The position numbers and the translations under genes were made by a program. The notes beneath the pieces were generated by a model. It searched no databases and was not told where the DNA came from. It saw only the letters and a list, made by a program, of their open reading frames with translations. Of a DNA stretch of 64,000 bases, positions 35,965-46,479 are shown in pieces; the first letter of the stretch is position 1; each line of letters starts with the position of its first letter. Source of the DNA: Squalus acanthias (taxonomy: Eukaryota); contig CM059432.1 in NCBI GenBank assembly GCA_030390025.1, forward strand, positions 93,498,001 to 93,562,000, in the 5' to 3' direction.

Positions 35965-37151
35965 TTAAGCGAATCTGGCATGGATTAGTGCATCCCTTGC
36001 CCTCACGGTCAGCAATAAGCTCGCGTGCTGGTGGAACTGGCACATCCGCATCGACTTCCTCCTCCTCCTCCGAGGAGAAGGCTGTGCGCTGAGCCACTTG
36101 TTCCTCAGGCAGCGGTAAGCCTCGCTGCTGTGCGATGTGCAGTGCACAGCAGACCACGATGATTCTGGAGACCTTGGCTGGTGAGTACTGTAGGGCTCCA
36201 CCTGATCTGTTGAGGCATCTGAATCACATTTTGAGCAAGCCGATGGTTTGCTCGATGATGCCTCTGGTGGAAATGTGGCTCGCATTGTAGCGCTCCTCAG
36301 CTTCGTTTGATGGCCTCCTCAGCGGCGTCATTAGCCACGTCTTCAGGGGATAGCCCTTGTCTCCAAGTAGCCATCTGGAAAGTTGGGTTGGCGGATTGAA
36401 TAGCTGAGGCACAGTAGACTGCCGCAGGATGAACGAGTCATGGCAACTGCCAGGGAACTTGGCGCAAACATGCATAATGTTCTTCCTGTGGTTACACACC
36501 GGCTGGACATTAAGGGAGTGGAAGCCCTTGCGGTTGACAAATACAGCTGGGTTGTGATGGGGTGCCCTAATGGCCACATGTGTGCAGTCTACGATGCCCT
36601 GCACCCTTGGCAAGCCTGCCATATTTGCAAAGCCAACCGCACGCGCGGTTACACTTGCTTCATCCGTGGAGAAGTGGATGTAATTGTGCGCTTTTGCAAA
36701 GAGGGCATCGGTAACCTGCGTGATGCAAGTGTGTGCAGCTGACTGGGAGATGCCGCTGATGATCCCTGGAAGGACCCTGAAGCAAAAAAATTGAGGGTGG
36801 TGGTGATTTTGACAACCACTGGTAAGGAGTGTCCACCCGTTCCTCTGGGCTCCAGGTGTTGGTGCAGCATTGCGCAGATGTCAGCGATTACCTCTTGCGA
36901 AAGTCTCAGCCTCCTTTGGCACTGCTGCTCAGTTATGTTGAGGAAGCTCATCCTCTGCCTGTAAACCCTGTGTTGGGGGTATCTCCTGCGGCGAGGTGCA
37001 GCCCTGCACTGATGCCCTGTGCAGCATCAGGTGGGTGAGGAGGTTGACGCTCCTGTTGTTGCTGCTGCTGTTGTGCCTGGTTCTGCTGCTGCCGCGGCTG
37101 CTCTTCCTCCGATTCTGAGGACCAGGATGAGAGAGTATAAATGGTTCCCAT
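35965..37151 (-). pseudogene. HARBI1-type DDE transposase, full length but frameshifted
   Basis: MGTIY...polyQ...[10 protein letters not shown]...GIVDCTHV...[11 protein letters not shown]...GSCHDSFI...LLGDKGYPL...[18 protein letters not shown]. Confidence 0.92.
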
Positions 37152-37954
37152 TCCACTGGTATATATGTCAGTTGAGGAATAGATGTTATAAGCGCTCAAT
37201 GTGGGGAGAGGGTTTTCCAAGGAGGTCACAGTGTATATGGATCTCAGCTTCACCACTTACAAGCTCAATAGGCCTGCAAAAAGTGTTCCAACACCTCAAA
37301 AAACAAAGTTCTGTCATCTGAAAGTCAGCCATGTTACAGGTCCGCTTTTATGCTGCAGCTGTCAAGAATTCAGGTACTTGCTGAACCCGGCGCAATCCGC
37401 TGGTGTGTTTTGCGAACGGTGTGGAACACGCTGAAAATGTACTAAAATGGCAAGAGCCTGCTAAAATCGGATTATGTAGGCAGTTAACAAGCTGTTAACT
37501 GCCTTAAATGTCTCTCCCGCCGCTTGGTGGCGGGTCCGATCGGGACTCCCAGAGCTGGCACTTGGCAAAGTTGCGTGGACGCGGGTTGATGGCAGGGCTG
37601 GAACCCGCCGTCAATCAAAACAAATTTAACCTCTGACCCGCCTCCAAACCCGCCCTCTGAGCGCTGGCAAAATCACGGCCTATATGTTTCCCAACCTCAG
37701 CTGTGGTAGGAAATAGCTGGACAGTTAAGCTCAGTCATTTTTGTTAAATTTTACTAGCAGTATCATAAGTCTAGGTCCATGACCACCATTTTTGGCTACA
37801 GATGGCTCGGACACTGGAGAGAACACAGAAGTAAAAAAACTTAGAGAAAAAAGAATTTCAGACCATAACCTCTGCCCCTATTTTTTTTTTTCCACATGGC
37901 AGCTGTTGATGATTCTGCCATTCCCATTTACACCTTATCTTGCCTCATCTTTTT

Positions 37955-40900
37955 ACATAGGATATACGGCACAGAAACAGGCCATTCGGCCCAACCAGTC
38001 TATGCTGGCGTTTATGCTCCACACGAGCCTCCTCTCGTCTTTCCTCATCTAAATCTATCTGCGTAACCCTCGATTCCCTTTTCCCTCATATGCTTGTCTA
38101 CCCTCCCCTTAAGTGCATCCATATTATTCGCTTCAACCACTCTCTGTGGTAGCGAGTTCCACATTCTCACCACTCTTTGGGTAAAGAAGTTTCTTCTGAA
38201 TTCCCTATTGGATTTCTTGGTGCCTATCTTATATTGATGGCCTCTAGTTATGCTCTTCCCCACAAGTGGAAACATTCTCTCTGTATCCACTCTACCAAAA
38301 TGTTTCATAATTTTAAACTATGAGGTCACCCCTCAGCCTTCTTTTTTCAAAAGAAAAGAGACCCAGCCTGTTCACCTTTTCCTGATGGGTATACCCTTGC
38401 ATTTCTGGTATCATCCTTGTAAATCTTCTCTGCACCCTCTCTAGTGCCTCCATATCCTTTTTATAATATGGCGACCAGAAATGTACGCAGTACTCCAAGT
38501 GTGGTCTAACCAAGGTTCGATACAGGTTCAGCATAACTTCCCTACTTTTCAATTCTATCCCTCCAGAAATAAACCCTGGTGCTTGGTTTGCTTTTTTTAT
38601 GGCCTTGCTAACTAACCTGTTTCGCAACTTAGTGATTTGTGTATTTGTGCTCCTAGATCCCTTTGTTCTTCCACCCCAGAGACTCGCACCCTCCAAGTGA
38701 TGTGACCTCCCTATTCTTCCTACCAAAATGTAATACCTCACATTTATCTGTGTTGAACTTCATTTGCCAATTATATGCCCATTCTGCAAGTTTATTAATG
38801 TCCTCCTGTAACTTGTTGCAGTCTTCCTCAGTATTGACTATCCGCCCAATTTGGTGTCATCCGCAAATTTAGAAATTGTGTTTTAGATTCCCAAGTCTAA
38901 ATCATTAATATAAATTGTGAACAGCAGTGGTCCCAGCACTGATCCTTGTGGAACACCATGACCCACCTTCTGCCACTGTGAATAACTATCCTTTACTCCC
39001 ACTCTCTGCTTTCTGTCCTGAAGCCAGCCAGTAATCCATTCTGCTACTTGTCCCCTGACTCCGCATTCTCTAACCTTGTTCATCAGTCTATTATGGGAGT
39101 ACCTTATCGAAGGCGTTTTGAAAATCCAGATAAATTACATCTACTGCATTACCATTGTCTACTCTCTGTTACCTCTTCAAAAAATTCAATAAGGTTGGTC
39201 AAGCAAGACTTTCCCTTTTGAAATCCATGCTGACTATTCATTATTATATTTTTGGTTTCTAGATGTTCTTCTATTTTCTCCTTTAGTAGGGATTCCATTA
39301 TTTTTCCTACCACCGTTGTTAAGCTGACTGGTCTATAATTCCCTCGACATGTTCTATCCCCCTTCTTAAATATCGGTATTACGTTAGCTATCCGCTAGTC
39401 CTCTGGCACTATACCTTTTTCTAATGAATTATTAAATAAGTGTAGTAATGCCTCTGCTATCTCTTCCCTAGATTCTTTTAAAATGCGTGGATGCAATCCA
39501 TCCGGACCAGAATTTTATCCTCTTTGAGTTTGATTAGCTTATTTAATATATCCCCTTTTTTAATTTTAAATGTACTTATCTCATCATCCAATGTCATGAC
39601 TACCTGTTCTATCTCCCTTGTAAATACTGAAGCAAAATAATTATTTACATTTCTGCCATCTCTCTATTGTTACCTGTGGTATTATTAACCTGACCATCCC
39701 TTAATGGCCCTATTCCCTCCCAACCTTCCTTTTTTTATTGATGTGCCTATAAAATATTTTACTATTTTGTTTTATATTCCTTGATAATTTAATTTCATAG
39801 TTCCTCTTTGCCTCCCTAATTGGTTTTTTTTGACTTCTCTCCTAATCTTTTCATATTCTCTCATCATGCACTCCTTTTCTGTCCATGTACTTCATTTATG
39901 CCTCTTTCCTTACCCTCAATTGTTCCCTTATGGCTTTATTCATCTATGGAGTCTCATTAGTGCTTAGTTTGTTCTTTCCTTTTAGCGGAATATATTGTTC
40001 CTGCAGTCTCTTGAACACGGTTTTAAATATTTTCCATTGCTGTTCTACATCGTTTTTTGCCAATATTGTTACCCATTTTATTTTCCCAAGTTCTATTCTC
40101 AGCCCCTCAAAATCAGCTTTTCTCTAATCTATTACCCTGGTTTTCATCATACTTATGCCTTTCTCAATTATCATCTTAAAGCGTATTATATTATGGTCAT
40201 TATTGCCTAGATGTTCCCCTACTTTTACTTCTCTTCTTCTGCTCTGGTTCATTCCCCATTACTAGATCCAATATCGAATCCTCCCTTGTTGGGCTTTTTA
40301 CATATTGGGTTAGAAAGGAGACCTGTACACATTGTAGGAACTCCATTCCCTTATCCCCTTTACCTACCTCTTCTGTCCAATTAATATCGGGGTAGTTGAA
40401 ATCCCCCATGATTATTATTCTATGTTTTTTACTCATTTCCCTAATTGGTCTGCATATTTCTTCCTCAACCTCCCTTCCACTATTAGGTGGTCTGTAGACT
40501 ACGCCTATTAGTGTGATTGATCCTTTATTATCTTTTATCTCTATCCATATAGATTCTATTTTTGTCTTGCTAATATCTGCGTCACTTTTTTCTACTGCCA
40601 TTATGTTATCCCTAATAAGTACAGCTACTCCACCTCCCCTTTTTCCCCTCCCTATCTTTTCTAAATATGTTATACCCTGCAATGTTTAATTCCCAGTCCT
40701 GATTTTTCTGTAGCCATGTCTCAGTAATCCCTACTATGTCTGGTTCCTCGTAATGTATGATTGCCTCCAGCTCCCCTGTTTTATTACAGACACTGTGTGC
40801 ATTGCTGTACAGTCAGTTTAACTCCTTTTTCATAGGATTTCCTCTCATTTTATGTTTAACCATCTTTTTAGACTTCTGTTCTATAACTCTATTTATTCCC

Positions 40901-42190
40901 TTGCCATGAATGTCCTCCCTTACTTTATTATTTCCTGTGCTCTCTTTTCCTGTTTTGTTTATATTTAGGCTGGTTACGTTTCTTGTAGATCCCTCCCCCC
41001 TTATTACTAGTTTAAAGCCTTTGCCACTTCCCTATTTACCCTTTCCGCTAGGACACGGGTCCCATCCTGGTTCAGGTGGAGCCCATCCCATCGGTACAGC
41101 TCCGTCCTCTCCCAGAACTGGCGCCAGTGTCCCATGAAAAGGAACCCCTCTTTCCCACACCAGCCCTTTAACCACGTGTTAATTCTCCTGATCTGTCTGC
41201 TTCTATGCCAATTTGCACGTGGCTCGGGCAATAATCTAGAGATTATTACCCTCGAGGTCCTGCTTTTTAATTTAATCCTAACTCCAGATACTCTTTCAGC
41301 AGGACCTCCTCCCTGTTCCTACCTATGTCATTTGTTCCAACATGGACCACGACAACTGGATTTCCACCCTCCCTTTCCAAGTTCCTCTCCAGCCGCCGTG
41401 AGATATCCCTTACCCTGGCACCAGGTAGGCAACACACCCTTTGGGATTCTCGTTCTTGGCTGTAGAGGATGCTATCTATCCCCATAATTAGAGTTCCCTA
41501 TCACTACCACATTTCTATTCTGCTCTTTCCCCCTTGGACAGCCTTCTGAGCCACGGTGCCTTGGTCTGCATTGTGGCTGTCCTCCCTGCAGTCTTTCTCC
41601 TTGTTCTCACAGGTAGCGAGTGTATCGTACCTGTTGGACAGGACCAGTGTCTGCAGGACCTCCTTCTCAACCTCTCCTAAATCCCCGCTACCCGTCTCCC
41701 TAACAGTCACACCCTTCCTTTCCTGAACCTGTGCTTTCCTCTGGGGTGTGACTGTATTCTGGATAAAACTGTCCAGAAATTCCTCCCCCTCCTTTATGTG
41801 TCACAGTGTCTCCAACTCGCACTCCAGCTCAATGACTGAGCCAGAGAGATTCGAGATGGAGACATCTCCTGCAGATGTGTTCGCTTGGGACAATCTCGCT
41901 GTCCATAAGCTCCCACATACTGCAGTCCAGACACACAACCTGCCCTGCCATATCTTAGTCTAGCCTAATTTTATTTATTTAATTAGTTAAAGTCTTTAAT
42001 CAACAATTATTTATAGTTATATTAATTAGTTTAACTAGTTAAGCTATAAATTTAATGCAGTATGTTATAGTTTCCCGCTCCGAGTTTAAACCACTGTCCA
42101 AGATTAGAGAGAAAAAAAACCTTAATACTGACCAACCAATCACCTACCTGCTGTCCTGTGACGTCACACCTTGTTTTTTTTGGAAATCGT
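37955..42190 (-). mobile_element. Near full-length CR1 LINE (decayed)
   Basis: 5' region, ORF1, APE endonuclease (ORF 40200-40682: GVVYRPP, IMGDFN, LDLV), RT ([20 protein letters not shown]), C-terminal RPHLEYC and RVVRMWNSLP, 3' tail. Confidence 0.92.
41007..41951 (-). pseudogene. CR1 ORF1: Cys-rich N-terminus plus SGNH/GDSL esterase
   Basis: MAGQVVCLDCSMWEL...HICRRC; VCCLPGARVRDI...VVHVGTND; WDGLHLN. Confidence 0.85.
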
Positions 42191-42222
42191 GGAAGGTTCC
42201 GCCGCTGCTGATACCGCCTCCG

Positions 42223-42560
42223 ATTTTGTTTCTTAACTTGTCCCATTACCATCTCCTTTTGCCTTGCACCATCATCCCTTTTATCTTGCACCATCATCCC
42301 TTTTATCTTTTAATCATTCCTGCCTTCCGTCCTATCACAGATCTTCCCTTTTGTTCTTACCTCCCCTCCCCCCTTTCCCTGCCTCTGCACTTGCTTAAAA
42401 ATCTGTTACATCTCTAACTTTTTCCAGTTCTGAAGAAGGGTCATCGACCTGAAACGTTAACTCTGTTTCTCTCTCCACAGATGCTGCCTGACCTGCTGAG
42501 GATTTCCAGCATTTTCTGTTTTTATTTCAGATTTCCAGCATCCGGAGTATTTTGCTTTTG
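42223..42560 (+). mobile_element. Uninterrupted HHR-bearing repeat (probably Penelope-derived)
   Basis: Pyrimidine-rich leader, HHR, then ctctgtttctctctccacagatgctgcctgacctgctgag...gtattttgctttt; serves as the empty-site reference for the two MITE-split copies. Confidence 0.8.
42426..42462 (+). ncRNA. Minimal type I hammerhead ribozyme motif
   Basis: agtt | CTGAAGA | ag-ggtc-atc-gacc-t | GAAA | cgtt | aact. Stem I agtt/aact; palindromic loopless stem III (AACGTT); predicted triplet GUU at 42456-42458. Confidence 0.75.
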
Positions 42561-42695
42561 TAATAAAGAAAAAGATCTGCATTTCAAGTTCTTCTCAGGA
42601 AAAAGATTTGCGTAGCTACAGGTGCAAATAAAAGCAAAGAAATGTAGTGTAAGTATAGCAATGATTTTGTGATCAGGATTAACAATGTCCCATGC

Positions 42696-43134
42696 CATGG
42701 TCACGATACATGACGTGATCCGGACTCGAGTCGTCGTTGGCTTGTTCACAGATGTGATTCCCAGTAAAAAAGTAAAAATTTTCCCAGTAAAAAAGTAAAA
42801 ATTTTAAAGCTTATCGTTTTACATACAGACGGCAGCTTTTGACACGTTAGACCCCCTGCGACTCCACCTCATTGTCTCAGTTGTATCTTGCTATGTCTTT
42901 GATGTGGTACCTTCCTGGCTGACCTGATTAACTTTATCACACCTCGGCAGATAGTCAGGATGATTTAATTTAGTTGTCTGCAATTGTAAGGTACACATGC
43001 ATTGTTCTCTATCTATATATGCTTTGGCGATTCTGTATCTTTTTACTTCACCCGACGAAGGAGTAGTAAGCTCTGAAAGCTTGTGATTTCAAATAAAACT
43101 GTTGGACTATAACCTGGTGTTGTGCGACCTCTCA
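42696..43134 (+). mobile_element. Penelope-like 3' UTR and terminus with HHR motif at 43048-43086
   Basis: Starts catggtcacgatacatgacgtga, like the ORF end of the 19045 element; 43015-43134 matches the right arm of the 1375-1620 palindrome. Confidence 0.8.
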
Positions 43135-45307
43135 ATATGGTCAAAATAGCCCAACGTGTAATTAAGTGACAACGCATATTTTTCACAAAATGCAACTTTG
43201 GAAATTACTTATGGCTTGAAAAACAACTTGTATACCAAATACTTCAATATATAAACTGCATAAATCTCAATTTAAACATACTTTTATTGTTTGGTGGTTA
43301 AGTATAATAAAGTCCTGGCACACTGTAGCAATTTATACATAGAAATACATAGAAGTTACAACACGGAAACAGACATTTGACCCAACCAGTCCGTATCGGC
43401 AATCACCGTCCATGGGATCAAATAGTTCTAATCACAGTTAGCCACTTTGTTCCCATATCCCTTTCATCCAGCTATCCAACCTAATCTTGAATGTTGACAG
43501 TTTCTGCCTCAACCACTAACCCCAGAAATGAATTTCACAGCCTCACAACTGTGTGTGAGAAGAAGTTTCTCCTGTCCCCTGTTCTAAATCTCTTACATTT
43601 AATATTGTACCTATGGCCCCTAGTTCTTGACCCACCAACTATTGGAAACGACTCTGCTTCGATCTACTTTCATAATTTTAAACACTTCGATTATACTGCT
43701 CCGTAATCTGCGCGATTCTAAGAAAAAAAGCAGCGAGTTATGATGATCTGGAATGTACTGTCTGAAGGGACGGTGGATGCAGATTCAATGGTAACTTTCA
43801 AAAGTGAATTGGATATATACTTGAAAAGGAAAGAATTGCAGGGCTATTGGGGAAAGAGCAGGGCGTGGGACTAATTGGATAGCTCCTTCAAAGAACCGAT
43901 GGGCCAAATGACCTCCTTCTGTGCTGTATGATTCTATATTTACTATCCTGGTATCACCTGCAAAATTTTGACACCACTCCCTATAGGCCTATATCCAAGT
44001 TATTGATATGCACAGTGAACAGAAGTGGCTCCAGAACCCTAAGGGTCACCATTACCCACTTCCAACCATTCTTTTAAAAAGAAACTGTACTCAACTCCTA
44101 ATTTCTATTTTCTTTCTTCTAACCAATTTTTATTCCAATTGGGTTGCATTTAAACCATGGCCACTGTTCTGAAACTGGTACTGTGGGCTATGATGTGGAA
44201 GCAACAGTCACCTGGTTACACTGCACACTGATTGGAACCAATGTGGAATGACAGCTTCATGCAATTTAGACATTTATTCTTCAGTTTAAATTCAGAAAAT
44301 TGCAGAAGTGCAGTGAGCAACAGCAACTGGGGAAAAACAGTTTGATCCTCTCACTCTGCAATCCCAATGCCTAATTCTTAACCGCTAAGAGTGTCTACCC
44401 AGAGCATCCACTTCATCCTAACATGAACAATATTCCATACAAAGATTAAAAAGTCCACAGGAGGTCCAATGGATCACCTAGACACTTAAATTGCAGCTGA
44501 CCACCTAACTGTAATTATACTGCTGACAGTGCAAACTCAAATCCAACGTTATAGCTATTTTTCACGATGATGCACCAGCTGTTACAAAATGGATGTGAAA
44601 ATACAGCATTAATGCACCATTAAATTTGTAATCAGGAAGCTTTTAGAGGTTAGTTACTGATCCAGGTCTCCATCTCCTGTATTGGTCAATCCTCTAATCA
44701 TTAAGCTACATTTAAAATACAACATACTACAGTCTTGATTGAAACAGAAGTGGACAAATAAATACCAAGTGGACTAATTGAAAACCAACTTTAAAAACAA
44801 GAAAACAAATTGTACACTACTGCGATGACAGAAGCATATATTCCTGGTTGATTTTGAGCTGTAGTTTGATAAACAGACCCATTGAAAAACAGTATATATG
44901 GTACTGGGATAAATTGCAGTGCTTCGAACAAAGGAGTTTAACTAAATGGACTGTGAAATGAATCAGACGGGTGGTTGGGTAGAACAACAGTTTTTTTGGA
45001 ATGTTAATGTGATTAGATATACCGCGACAATTTTGGTTAGTTCTTATAATGTACATATATCATGTAGACTTCATAAATATGTACAGCATATTAAAATGGG
45101 GCTTAGGAAAGAAGCAGCTGTACTTAGTTATTTAATAGTTATCATTATACATTGAAAAAAATTAAAAGCAATATTTGAGCTGCCACATTTGCCTACATAA
45201 TAACAGTAAAATAAAGTAATTGATTGGCTGAGGTGTTTGGGACACCTTGAGTATAAGAGGAGGCACTACTAGTTGATCTCCAGTGGTGTTGCACACTGGG
45301 AGTCAAG

Positions 45308-46013
45308 GGCCCAGAAATTGATCTCGCTCTGTTCCCGCGGGGGTAAGGAGCAGGCGCGATCTCTCACCTCGCTTGTGCTTTTTCAGATCCAGCTCGCACG
45401 AACTTGATGTTCCAGACATCAGCTGGGCAGTGCTTGCGTATCCCACCGGCGTAGTGAATTCGTGCGAGCTGTGGGATCACGTGACTCAGTTAGAGCCAAT
45501 GGCAGCACACCATCTTCCATTCATAAGTTTCACATACGTGCTGTGAAATCTATGAATCTTACACCCCCCCAAAATAACAGCTAAACCTCAATTAAATTTT
45601 TTAAAAAACCATCACATTAATAAAATAAGTATAGTTAATTAAATTAACCATTTTAAATAAAAAATTAAATTTTTGAAAAAATTTAAAATCTTTTAAAAAT
45701 TTATAAAAATAAACTTACCTGTCTTTAAAGTCTCTAAAAAAGATATACCTGTTAAAAAAAATTCAAAAAAATACTTAATTCACTACTTACCTTCTTAAAA
45801 GTGGGTCTTACTCCTCCTTTTTCCATTTCTAAAATCTTCCGTACTTACCTGCGCGTCCAAAGCATGAAGTGCACAGCGTGCGCGCAGCCTGTAGATGCAC
45901 CGAGGAACCGCCCCCTTTTCAAAAGCAGGGCATGCAGAAAACCGGCAATTGGAGTGGGAATACGCGAGAGTACGCAGTGCGTACTCTCGCGTCGCGGGAT
46001 CAATTTCTGGGCC
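45308..46013. mobile_element. Harbinger-type MITE, family A
   Basis: Perfect 16-bp TIR ggcccagaaattgatc / gatcaatttctgggcc; TSD aag on both sides. Confidence 0.9.
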
Positions 46014-46479
46014 AAGACCAAGTGTATTCCTCAGGTGCAGTGGAGTTAGAGGCTGGTACAATACATTAAGCCTGGCCAGAGTGGAGCTGGGGGATACAAA
46101 GGGAAGTACAGAAAGATTAGAGGTCAGGGGCCGGGAAGGTAGAGCAGAGTTAGAGGTTGCGGGGTGGGGTTGGGGAGGCAGGGAATGAATGGTGGTACAA
46201 GAATAAAGCAGAAAGCCCAGAAGCAGCAGCCAGATGAACAGGAGCGGAGGCCCATGGGCAAAAGGCTGAATCTGGCTGCAGGCTGACTTGCGGGGTAGAA
46301 TTTATATAACTATCAGATCTCTCAGGAACTTTCCAAATTGCTTTGTGTGTAATGAATTACTTTGAAGACATTAATGTAGGTGAGTGGGTGTCGGCCATAA
46401 TTCTGGCAGTGGGAGTAATTTTCTTGGGAAAGTTAGAAATGAGAAAAGAGAAAAAAGAAAATGGAAAGAAAAGAAAGCA

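Larger units (their letters stand above)
33533..37680. mobile_element. PIF/Harbinger transposon 2 (near complete, 4.15 kb)
   Basis: TIR ggcctgcgatttt / aaaatcacggcc; TSD tat (33530-33532, 37681-37683); convergent Myb/SANT and transposase genes; subterminal ggaggcgggtttg motifs shared with family B MITEs. Confidence 0.93.

Noticed and set aside
35965..37151. Domesticated host HARBI1 or NAIF1/MSANTD genes
   Set aside because: The genes lie between TIRs with a TSD and carry stops and frameshifts, so they are transposon copies.
41007..41485. Captured cellular esterase gene
   Set aside because: An SGNH esterase is a known component of CR1 ORF1 and recurs at about 58200-58700.
42758..42805. 23-bp tandem duplication ttcccagtaaaaaagtaaaaatt
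   Set aside because: Simple local duplication inside a Penelope 3' UTR with no further structure.
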